The notes beneath the pieces were generated by a model. The model made no database searches, was not told the origin of the DNA, and saw only the letters and a program-made list of their open reading frames with translations. Made by a program: the position numbers and the translations under genes. Shown one piece after another: positions 1-7,928 of a stretch of 60,898 nt of DNA. The stretch comes from Candidatus Aminicenantes bacterium (GTDB lineage: Bacteria; Acidobacteriota; Aminicenantia; JAMOAD01), in NCBI GenBank assembly GCA_027031485.1, contig JALVQI010000229.1, forward strand, positions 1 through 60,898. Reading direction: 5' to 3'. How positions within the stretch are numbered: the first letter of the stretch is position 1; every line of letters starts with the position of its first letter.

Positions 1-620
1 TTAAAATATGAATTTCTTCCTCTTTCATATCTGTCTGCAGGTATCACAACAAATTTCCCTTCCACACCTATGCACCAGAATTTTCCGTCTTTTTTTATAC
101 TTGCTAAGGTTCTTCCACTCATACCCGCACAATATATATCACCAAAAAACGGCTTTATCCCTTTATCATCCTTTATAAGAAGCCTACCGGTAAGAACACT
201 TCCTAATACAAGTTTAATTGTTAAATAATATTCTTTTCCCGCCTCAATATCAATAAAATATTTCCATTTCTCAGGCACATATGCAACTATTGTCCCCTCT
301 CTATTTAGAACAAATGTACTTACATAATATCTTCTTCCCGCCCGCAGTTTCTCAAAAGTAATAATTCCTTCTTTATTCGTAAAACCCTCCTTTCTTAATC
401 CACTCTCAAGATCAATCACATCAACATGAAAATTTGAAACAGGTTCTTTTTCACTTCCTTTAACTACTTTCACCCTGAGTCTTCCATAGCTCCTACAATA
501 AAGACTCATACTAAGCATAAACATAAACACCAAAACAACTAAAACCCCTCTGATAAAGGGTTTCCCGATGGATCGGGAGTTTGTCCCCCGTTTGAAACGG
601 GAGTTTGTTCCTCTTAACAT
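1..620 (-). CDS. Secreted protein with a carboxypeptidase-regulatory-like (prealbumin-type) beta domain; partial, runs off the left edge
   Basis: Not in the ORF track. Manual translation from ATG at 620 (GGAGG RBS upstream) gives MLRGTNSRFKRGTNSRSIGKPFIRGVLVVLVFMFMLSMSLYCRSYGRLRVKVVKGSEKEPVSNFHVDV...GFTNKEGIITFEKLRAGRRY, open to base 1. It has a signal peptide followed by a G-x-T-x-x-x-G-x-x-x-F-x-x-L-x-x-G-x-Y pattern. Confidence 0.7.
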   Translation of the reverse strand, partial: MLRGTNSRFKRGTNSRSIGKPFIRGVLVVLVFMFMLSMSLYCRSYGRLRVKVVKGSEKEPVSNFHVDVIDLESGLRKEGFTNKEGIITFEKLRAGRRYYVSTFVLNREGTIVAYVPEKWKYFIDIEAGKEYYLTIKLVLGSVLTGRLLIKDDKGIKPFFGDIYCAGMSGRTLASIKKDGKFWCIGVEGKFVVIPADRYERGRNSYF

Positions 621-745
621 ACTAACCTCCTATATATATTTTTTTTGTTAAATGTCATTTTAAATTCCAACAGCCCCAATTCACGATTAACGATTCACTA
701 TTCACAATTACCTCTTTCTCTTAACATACTAACCTCCTATATATA
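611..745. repeat. 28-bp exact direct repeat containing an RBS and start codon (copies at 611-638 and 718-745)
   Basis: CTCTTAACATACTAACCTCCTATATATA occurs twice. On the minus strand each copy contains GGAGG-TTAGT-ATG. Confidence 0.9.
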
Positions 746-1316
746 ATTTTTTATGATTAAATTCTTTTTCTGTTTATTATTATAATATTTTATATTATTA
801 AATTTTTCCTACCAGGTCAAAATCATTTTAAAACCGGGGAAAGCATTGAGGTGAATCGTGAATGGTTAATCGGAGTTGTTAGTGTTCGGTTTTTTGTTTT
901 TCTATTGGAAAGTAGCCTGTCCCGCACTTTCTTTCCAGTGGTAAATGAAAAGATGCATCAATTAAAGATTAATGTTAAAAGAAATCTTCACCAAAGTATC
1001 GCTAATCAAAAAAGATAGTGCGGGATGAATCGGAGTTGTTAGTGTTTGGTTTGTTGCTGTCTGCTGTTTTTTATAATTAACCGTAGGGGAAAGGTTAGCT
1101 TTGTGGTGAATTGTGAATTGGTGTTGTTAGTGGGTGGTTCATTGGTGTTTGTTGTTTTTTTATTTAATTTATAAAAAAAATAAAGAAAATAATTAATTAC
1201 AAGAAACTAACAACTTTCCTTCGTAGTCTGCTCAAGGCTCAAAGCTCAAGGCTCAATGCTATCATGTATTGCCCTGCAATAAATCCCCGATTTACGATTC
1301 ACGATTTACAATTCAC
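678..1316. repeat. Clusters of degenerate heptamer tandem repeats and a three-copy dispersed repeat
   Basis: TCACGAT/TCACAAT-type arrays at about 678-709 and 1288-1316, and reverse copies at about 851-870 and 1105-1120. A GCTCAAG/GCTCAAA array lies at about 1230-1260. AATCGGAGTTGTTAGTGTT occurs at 868 and 1028, with a degenerate copy at about 1116. Confidence 0.8.
920..1025. mobile_element. Possible MITE-like element bounded by 15-bp inverted repeats
   Basis: TCCCGCACTTTCTTT (920-934) and AAAGATAGTGCGGGA (1011-1025) are complementary at 14 of 15 positions. The interior is non-coding. Confidence 0.35.
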
Positions 1317-1319
1317 TTC

Positions 1320-2426
1320 TTATCTTACTTTCAATGATAACAAGGAGATTACTGTTAGTATTATTGCGATAATCCAGAGTCTTATCACTGCTTTGGGTTC
1401 TGCAATTCCCTCATGGGTCAAAGAGTGATGAAGCGGAGCTCTGTAAACAAGACGCCTACCCACTCTGTTCCCGATCTTTTCCTGTAGAAAGGATGTGAAA
1501 ATTTCAGCAATAAATACTCCTCCGCTTATTACAAATAAAAATTCCTGTTTTGTTAGAAATAGCATTAAAGCTATTGCTCCACCTATGGCAAGAGAGCCTG
1601 TATCTCCCATAAAAACTTCAGCTGGATAACTATTATACCAGAGAAACCCCATTATGGAGCCTATCAAAGCCGCCCCGAAAACAGTAATCTCCCCGCTTCC
1701 CTCAATGTATGGGAATAAATAGTGGGAAGCTGCAACAGAATTTCCTATTATATAAGCAAATATAGAATAAACTAGTATGGTTAAACTCGAAACTCCGCTT
1801 AAAAGCCCGTCCATTCCATCTGTTATGTTTATTGCATTTATAACAGAAAACATTACAAAGATTATAAAAACAACAAAACCAATCTCTCCGAGATTGAGAA
1901 TAGGGTTTTTATAAAAAGGAATGTATATCAGAGTCTTTATTTTCTGAGGCACAGGGCAGAGAGGCGATATATAGTATAAAGAAAATGGTATTATATAAAG
2001 TAGCATTAATATTGTTTTCCCCCATTGGCTTAATCCTGAAAGGGAAGATTTAAACCTTGATTTTTGAAAATCATCAAGAAAACCTACAAAACCAAAGTAT
2101 AAAAAGGCTGACAAAAGGATATAAAGAAAAGAATTTGTAAAATCTCCCCACAAAATCAAAGAGAAGAGAGTTGAGCTTATAATTAAGATTCCACCACCTG
2201 TGGGAGTTCCCCTTTTTGAGTAGGCATTGATTGAGAGCATCTCACCTGATGTGTCTCTGAACTTTTTCCTGTACAAAAAAAGTATGAATTTGAATCCGAA
2301 AATCAATGAGAATATAATGGATGTTCCCATTCCCATTATTGCCCTGAAAGTTATATAGTCCATTAATCTGAAAAAACCGTAGTTAATACCCGAAAGCTTT
2401 AAAAGTGCAATTATTAGTTCAATCAT
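1320..2426 (-). CDS. mraY: Phospho-N-acetylmuramoyl-pentapeptide transferase (MraY, divergent)
   Basis: Motifs GTPTGGG, GFLDD, NAINITDGMDGL, YPAEVFMGDTGSLAIGG and APLHH. The N-terminal YITFR motif and about 10 TM helices are present. Confidence 0.9.
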   Translation of the reverse strand: MIELIIALLKLSGINYGFFRLMDYITFRAIMGMGTSIIFSLIFGFKFILFLYRKKFRDTSGEMLSINAYSKRGTPTGGGILIISSTLFSLILWGDFTNSFLYILLSAFLYFGFVGFLDDFQKSRFKSSLSGLSQWGKTILMLLYIIPFSLYYISPLCPVPQKIKTLIYIPFYKNPILNLGEIGFVVFIIFVMFSVINAINITDGMDGLLSGVSSLTILVYSIFAYIIGNSVAASHYLFPYIEGSGEITVFGAALIGSIMGFLWYNSYPAEVFMGDTGSLAIGGAIALMLFLTKQEFLFVISGGVFIAEIFTSFLQEKIGNRVGRRLVYRAPLHHSLTHEGIAEPKAVIRLWIIAIILTVISLLSLKVR

Positions 2427-5400
2427 TCTTTATATCCTTCTAATATTTTAACAACTTTCATATATTTTTCCCTGACTCTGAATTCGGGTTTGAATTCAGA
2501 GGTTGTTATTAACATCTGTTTTATAAAATTCTTAACCTTCGTAAGATCTTCAAACTTCTTATTAATCAAGCCGCATTCTATACTTTCCAGCAGAGCTTCC
2601 CTTATTCTTATGTTTCTTGAAGAAAGATACTGTCTGTTAAATCTAAAAAACTCATCTTCACTTAAAAATAATACTCCCGCTCTTATTGCCTCGGCTTTCA
2701 CTTCAAAACTCTCGCTCTTTTTTGATAATTTTTCCATTATCTTATTTTTTATGGTTTGATCATCTTTTAAATTTTCATAAAATCTCCTGTAAAGTGAAAT
2801 GGCTTCTCTTCTAACCTCATAGTAAGAATCATCGAGAGCTCTTTCAATAATCTCTTTGAAAAAATCAAAGTATTTTTCAGATTTTCCGAATGCTATAAGG
2901 GAGTTTCTCCTTAAAAAGCCTTTGAAGTCCGAAAAGTTTTCATATATCCAGGGGTAAAGGTCTTCCCTTCTCAAACTTCCAATCAATTTAATAGCTTTGT
3001 TCACAACAAGATAATTATCTGATCTCATATATTCCCGAATCTTGTTATTGTACAACTTCACATAAAGGTTATCCTTACCTTTTTCTTGGACTGTTTTATC
3101 AAGGTATCTGATCAAACTATCAAAAAGTCTCCTAAACCTGACAAAACGAGGCTCTACAATTTCAATGAGAAAATCAAGAGGTTCGTCATTAAAGAGTTTT
3201 TTTACGGTATCCGCGATAATTTTATCAGAATTTTTAATTGAAAATTTTCCTATGTGCTGACTAAAGGATTTCAATTTTTCACTATCTTTTAACAGAGAAT
3301 AGATAAGTCCAATAAATTCCTTTTTATCTATATAATCAATACCTGTTTCAAAATCAAGTTTCTCAAAAATGATTTCAGCAGCTTTGCTTTCCACTATATT
3401 AATCGCATTTAATTCCTGATGATCTCCCGGAAGCCCTCTTTTGGGTACCAACACGGATGGTTTCCTTAAAGCTGCGATTTCAGATATGGCACCTGCTCCT
3501 GCTCTGCTGATAATCAAATCAGCCGCCTTTTGATAATTTACGATATCATGGATATATTTTATGCCTTTATAATAAAAGCCCTCCTTTGTTTTAACCTCAA
3601 AGTTTTTATCATCAAAGTCTTTACCAAGTTCGTTTTTAAGAATCGCTTTTGTGTCTTTATGGGAATCGTATTCCTCACTTTTCGCCAGACCGAGAGAATG
3701 GTAGATATACAATTTACTATTTTTCATCAATTCTTTCATTGAGTTGGCTGCTACTCTGTTTATACTCCTTGAACCGAGAGAACCTCCGGTTATAAGTATA
3801 AAAAACTTTTCTTCTGGTATCCCTAACTTTCTTTTCATCTCAGCTTTATCATATTCCCTATAATAATCCTCTCTCAGCGGATATCCACACAAAACACATC
3901 GGTTAGACCAGATAAAGTATGAGGTTTCCCTGTAATTAACCAACACAACATCAGCCATAAGTGAAGCAAACTTGTTTAAAAGTCCCGGAACAAAGTTTTG
4001 CTCCTCTATTACAATTTTTAATTTTAAAAATGGTTTTAAAAGAAATCCCGCAAAGACAACGGGAGCGGAAACATATCCACCGGTAGCAACAATAAGATGA
4101 GGTTTGAATTTCAAAATTTTAAGACCTGCTTGCAGTGTGCCTTTTATTATTTTAATTAAAACTTTAACCTTGTTTCCTGAAAATGGAGAAGAGGTTATAA
4201 ATTCAAGCTTTATGCCCTTCTTCTTTTTAATGATTTTTTCTTCAGCCCTTCCTCTGATGCCAAGATATAGAACATCACCGACAAACCCCTCCTTTTTTAA
4301 TATATTGTAAATTGAGAGAGACGGATAAACATGGCCACCTGTTCCTCCCCCTGTTAAAATCACTCTCTTTTTAGTGGAGTATCTCTTTCTCCAGAAACCA
4401 TATACTATTATCCCATAGGCAACAAATGATACTAAAAAAGCAAAACCAAGGTAAAAAAGCATTGACAAAAACCCGTGAATCTTATTGGAAAACAATTTAA
4501 AGATTAATAGAATCGGGACAAAGAAAAATGAAGCAAAAATAAGTTTGGCACTTGTTAATATAAACCTTTTGTATTCAATTTTTATTTTGAATTTTGAAAG
4601 ATATACAAGCAATATTATTGATTGGATAAAAATTGCTATAGCTGTTGCAAGGGCAATTCCTCCCTGTTTAAGAGATGTCCTGTAAAGAATAAAATCAAGA
4701 ACAATATTAATCAATCCCCCCCAGAAAGCAGCATAAAGCGGTAACTTATTATCTTCAAGAGCAGAATATACCCTGTTAAACAGAGCCACAAAACCACTCG
4801 GTAAAAGGGAAAGAGAATAATAAAAAAATGCAAGAGAAGTTTCGGAAACAGCAACACTGTCAAAGGCTCCTCTTTTATAGAAGAGAATTATTATCTCTTT
4901 TGAAAAAAGGAGAAAAAACAGTGTAATCGGGAAAAGGATAATCAGAATCAAATCAATTCCTGTACTTGTCATCTCTGAAAATTTTTTCATTTCTTTTTTC
5001 CCTCTTGATTTTGAAAGCTCCGGTGCAATGGTCCTTGATAGAGAAAGAGGTATTACTGAGATTGGAAGATTTATTATTCTGAAACTATACCAGAGAGATG
5101 AAATTGCTCCGCTTCCTATCAAAGATGCCACTATTCTATCTACAATCTGTGTGCTTTTTGTGATGAGTGATGATATTAATATCTTGGCGCCCTCCCTGAA
5201 GGATTTGCCTACACGAGCCGATTCCTTTGTTTTTTTCGATTCCATAAGATTTCTACCGATTTTTAAAAGTGCCGGAATCTGATAAAAGATAAAAGCTCCC
5301 GCACCAAGAAGATAGGCAAAAGCCATTGATTTTATACCGACTCTGGAATGAAAGAGAATCATAATAAAAATAATCGTGAGATTCATAAAAGCGGGAGCTG

Positions 5401-5890
5401 TGCTATAAATTAACTCTTTTCCGCTGAAAAGTAATATTGCTCCGAAGAAGGTTGAAATTGCTATCAATACCATGAACGGAGCAACTATTTTTGCAAGTTC
5501 AATTGTAAGCAAAAAGGTGTCGTGATCCATTCCGGGAGCGAGAATCTTAATAATAAACGGAAGAAAAATATAAATAATCGCTAAAAGCAAAATTGACACG
5601 ACAAAGGATATTAGAAAGGTTTTGATTAAAAATTTTCTTGCCTTCTCCTTTTTCCCTTCCTCAAACATTCTTTTGAATGGCGGAAGAAATGCTCTTTCGA
5701 ACATCTCCTCTCCCAAAACACGTCTGAATAAGTTGGGAACAGAGAAAGCTATGATAAAAGCATCATAGAGTTTACCACTACCGAAAAAGGCAGCTGCAAG
5801 GATCTCCCTTAAAAAGCCCAGAATCCTTGTAATCAATGTACCCCCGGCAATTAAAGAAGAACCTTTTAAAATTTCTTTCAAATTTTTCAT
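2423..5890 (-). CDS. murJ: MurJ (lipid II flippase)-MurG (GT28)-HEAT-like repeat triple fusion
   Basis: aa 1-500: TRILGFLRE, DAFIIAFSVPNLFRR, GGIALAT (MurJ). aa about 510-900: TGGGTGGHVYP, TGGYVSAP, EQN, GGSLGS, SRAGA, DHQELNA (MurG). C-terminus: ALDDSYYEVRREAI, ESFEVKAEAI, NIRIREAL (HEAT-like). Confidence 0.88.
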   Translation of the reverse strand: MKNLKEILKGSSLIAGGTLITRILGFLREILAAAFFGSGKLYDAFIIAFSVPNLFRRVLGEEMFERAFLPPFKRMFEEGKKEKARKFLIKTFLISFVVSILLLAIIYIFLPFIIKILAPGMDHDTFLLTIELAKIVAPFMVLIAISTFFGAILLFSGKELIYSTAPAFMNLTIIFIMILFHSRVGIKSMAFAYLLGAGAFIFYQIPALLKIGRNLMESKKTKESARVGKSFREGAKILISSLITKSTQIVDRIVASLIGSGAISSLWYSFRIINLPISVIPLSLSRTIAPELSKSRGKKEMKKFSEMTSTGIDLILIILFPITLFFLLFSKEIIILFYKRGAFDSVAVSETSLAFFYYSLSLLPSGFVALFNRVYSALEDNKLPLYAAFWGGLINIVLDFILYRTSLKQGGIALATAIAIFIQSIILLVYLSKFKIKIEYKRFILTSAKLIFASFFFVPILLIFKLFSNKIHGFLSMLFYLGFAFLVSFVAYGIIVYGFWRKRYSTKKRVILTGGGTGGHVYPSLSIYNILKKEGFVGDVLYLGIRGRAEEKIIKKKKGIKLEFITSSPFSGNKVKVLIKIIKGTLQAGLKILKFKPHLIVATGGYVSAPVVFAGFLLKPFLKLKIVIEEQNFVPGLLNKFASLMADVVLVNYRETSYFIWSNRCVLCGYPLREDYYREYDKAEMKRKLGIPEEKFFILITGGSLGSRSINRVAANSMKELMKNSKLYIYHSLGLAKSEEYDSHKDTKAILKNELGKDFDDKNFEVKTKEGFYYKGIKYIHDIVNYQKAADLIISRAGAGAISEIAALRKPSVLVPKRGLPGDHQELNAINIVESKAAEIIFEKLDFETGIDYIDKKEFIGLIYSLLKDSEKLKSFSQHIGKFSIKNSDKIIADTVKKLFNDEPLDFLIEIVEPRFVRFRRLFDSLIRYLDKTVQEKGKDNLYVKLYNNKIREYMRSDNYLVVNKAIKLIGSLRREDLYPWIYENFSDFKGFLRRNSLIAFGKSEKYFDFFKEIIERALDDSYYEVRREAISLYRRFYENLKDDQTIKNKIMEKLSKKSESFEVKAEAIRAGVLFLSEDEFFRFNRQYLSSRNIRIREALLESIECGLINKKFEDLTKVKNFIKQMLITTSEFKPEFRVREKYMKVVKILEGYKE

Positions 5891-6120
5891 CGCTTTCTCT
5901 CAAAATCCCCTTTTAACAGGATTATAAAAAAACTTTTTACCATAATTGCGATAATTTTTCAATCTCTTTAAAACTTCTTGAAGCTGCGATTTTATTAATT
6001 TCGTAAGCTATATCAAGTCTCATTTTCTAAGATCATTATCTAATTATCTAAAGGAGAGGTTAAAGCTTCTAAATATCAATGGAAAAACAAACAGAGTTTT
6101 TCTCAACATCATTCCTTTTA

Positions 6121-6816
6121 TTAATTTCCCAAAGAAAATTGAAAGCTTTTTCTTATGTGAATTTCCGTGGAATTAAAAACATGTACGGGAGAATCTTCCT
6201 GAGAGATGATTAAAGGTAATTCCGTACAACCTAAAATCACTCCCTTTGCTCCTTTCTCCCTCATTTTATTAATTATTGATTTTATAGCCTCTTTTGACTC
6301 CTTTTTTATTATATTCTTTGTAAGTTCATTATAGATAATTTCATCTATTTTCCTTCTATCCTCTTTCTCAGGGATTAGAATATCCGCACCCGATTTTTCT
6401 CCAAGCTCTTTCCTGTAAAAATCCTCCTCCATTGTAAAACGGGTACCAAAAAGAGCAACCCTCTCAATCCTCTTTCCTTTTATCTCTTCCGCAATCGCAT
6501 CAATTATGCTAATAAAGGGAATTTTTAGATTACCTTTTATTTTCGGTAAAATTTTATGAATTGTATTTGATGCAATTATTAGAAAATCTGCACCAGCTTT
6601 TTCAAGATTTAAAGCAGCTGATAGAACTCTTTCCTTAACTCCTTCCCAATCACCTTTACTCTGTAATTTTTCAATTTCATTAAAATTAATAGAGTATAAT
6701 ATTATATCCACTGTACTAAACCCGTTTCCGTATGCTTCCGATAATTCATTGAGACCAATGTAATACTCAACCGATGACTGCCAGCTCATGCCGCCTATAA
6801 TTCCGATTGTTTTCAT
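6121..6816 (-). CDS. Aspartate/glutamate racemase family protein (YgeA/RacX-like)
   Basis: MKTIGIIGGMSWQSS, ASNTIH, GTRFTM and ILGCTELP. Confidence 0.9.
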   Translation of the reverse strand: MKTIGIIGGMSWQSSVEYYIGLNELSEAYGNGFSTVDIILYSINFNEIEKLQSKGDWEGVKERVLSAALNLEKAGADFLIIASNTIHKILPKIKGNLKIPFISIIDAIAEEIKGKRIERVALFGTRFTMEEDFYRKELGEKSGADILIPEKEDRRKIDEIIYNELTKNIIKKESKEAIKSIINKMREKGAKGVILGCTELPLIISQEDSPVHVFNSTEIHIRKSFQFSLGN

Positions 6817-6922
6817 ATTTCAGTATTACAAAAACCTGAGAAAAAATCAATATCTTTCTCCAAAATTATTTTAATTTTTCCCATAATCTTCCAATAAAAT
6901 CATTAAGATGATATTATAGGAT

Positions 6923-7017
6923 ACTCCGAGCTGGAAAGGCTAAGGCAATCAGGCTATGTCTTCCAGCCGACAGGGTAAAGCCGGAAACAGCTTTGCCTCC
7001 CAATCCCGGAAAGGAGG
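6923..7017 (+). ncRNA. Moco/Tuco (molybdenum/tungsten cofactor) riboswitch-type leader
   Basis: CTCC(6924)...GGAG(7016) closing stem; GCTGGAA/TTCCAGC stem with internal CTAAG/TATG receptor; GGGTAAAGC-CGGAAACA-GCTTTGCCT stem; terminal GGAAAGGAG overlapping the RBS. It lies directly upstream of wtpA. Confidence 0.85.
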
Positions 7018-7022
7018 TTTTA

Positions 7023-7928
7023 ATGAAAAAGATTTTTTCAGTTTTATCAAGTCTGGTTTTAGTCAGTGGCTTTTTATTTCCCGAGCAAAAGTCAATCACG
7101 ATTTATCATGCGGGTTCTCTGTCCTATCCTTTTAAAATCATTGCCAAAAGATTTACTGAAAAGACGAAGATTAAAGTTTTTACAGAATCCGGAGGTTCAA
7201 GAGGTATAATCAGAAGAGTAACTGAGTTGGGAAAGAGAGCCGATATGGTTGCATCAGCCGATTATAGACTGATCAAAACAATGATGTTCCCGAAATTTGC
7301 GGATTTTTTGTATGAATTTGCAACAAATGAAATTGTCATAACTCTGAGTCCCGAATCAAAGTGGCTCGGAAAGATTAATACTTATAATTGGTATAAAATT
7401 GTTCAGAACAAGGATTTTATAATAGGGTACTCAGATCCTGAGCTTGATCCCTGTGGTTATAGATCACTTATGGTTATGCAGCTTGCGGAAAAATATTATA
7501 AAGAAAAAGGCTTTTACAATAGGATAAGAAAAAAGATCGGGGATAAATGGGTCAGGCCCAAATCGGTTGAACTTTTAGCCCTTCTTGAAACCGGTGAAAT
7601 GGATGCTGCTTTTGAGTATAAATCCGTGGCATTACAGCACAAACTTCCTTTTATATCATTACCTGAAAAGATTAATCTTAGTTCTCCGAAATATGAGAGT
7701 TTTTACAAAACAGCAAAGGTTTATTTAACTAAAAAAGGCGGTAAAAAGGTTGTAATTTATGGAAAATCCATTGTATACGGAATCACAATAGTAAAAAATT
7801 CTCCGAACAGAGAAGGAGCGGAAAAGTTTTTAAAGTTTCTATTATCAAAAGAGGGTCAGGAACTTTTGAAAAAAGCCTATCAGAGTCCGCTTATTCCACC
7901 TATCCTCTTAAAATACAAAGGAAAATAG
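7023..7928 (+). CDS. wtpA: Tungstate/molybdate ABC transporter substrate-binding protein
   Basis: HAGSL, ESGGS, DMVASADY, FATNEIV, SDPELDPCGYRS, RPKS, AFEYKSVALQH and IVYGITI. Start moved to ATG 7023 (GGAGG RBS, signal peptide). Confidence 0.9.
   Translation: MKKIFSVLSSLVLVSGFLFPEQKSITIYHAGSLSYPFKIIAKRFTEKTKIKVFTESGGSRGIIRRVTELGKRADMVASADYRLIKTMMFPKFADFLYEFATNEIVITLSPESKWLGKINTYNWYKIVQNKDFIIGYSDPELDPCGYRSLMVMQLAEKYYKEKGFYNRIRKKIGDKWVRPKSVELLALLETGEMDAAFEYKSVALQHKLPFISLPEKINLSSPKYESFYKTAKVYLTKKGGKKVVIYGKSIVYGITIVKNSPNREGAEKFLKFLLSKEGQELLKKAYQSPLIPPILLKYKGK

Noticed and set aside
868-1132. Three AATCGGAGTTGTTAGTG-like repeats as a CRISPR array
   Set aside because: Spacing is irregular (160 and about 88 bp), the repeats are short and degenerate, and there are no cas genes.
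6914-7099. 61-aa minus-strand ORF, and the extended 6993 start for wtpA
   Set aside because: Both overlap the riboswitch. ATG 7023 has the RBS and gives a clean signal peptide.
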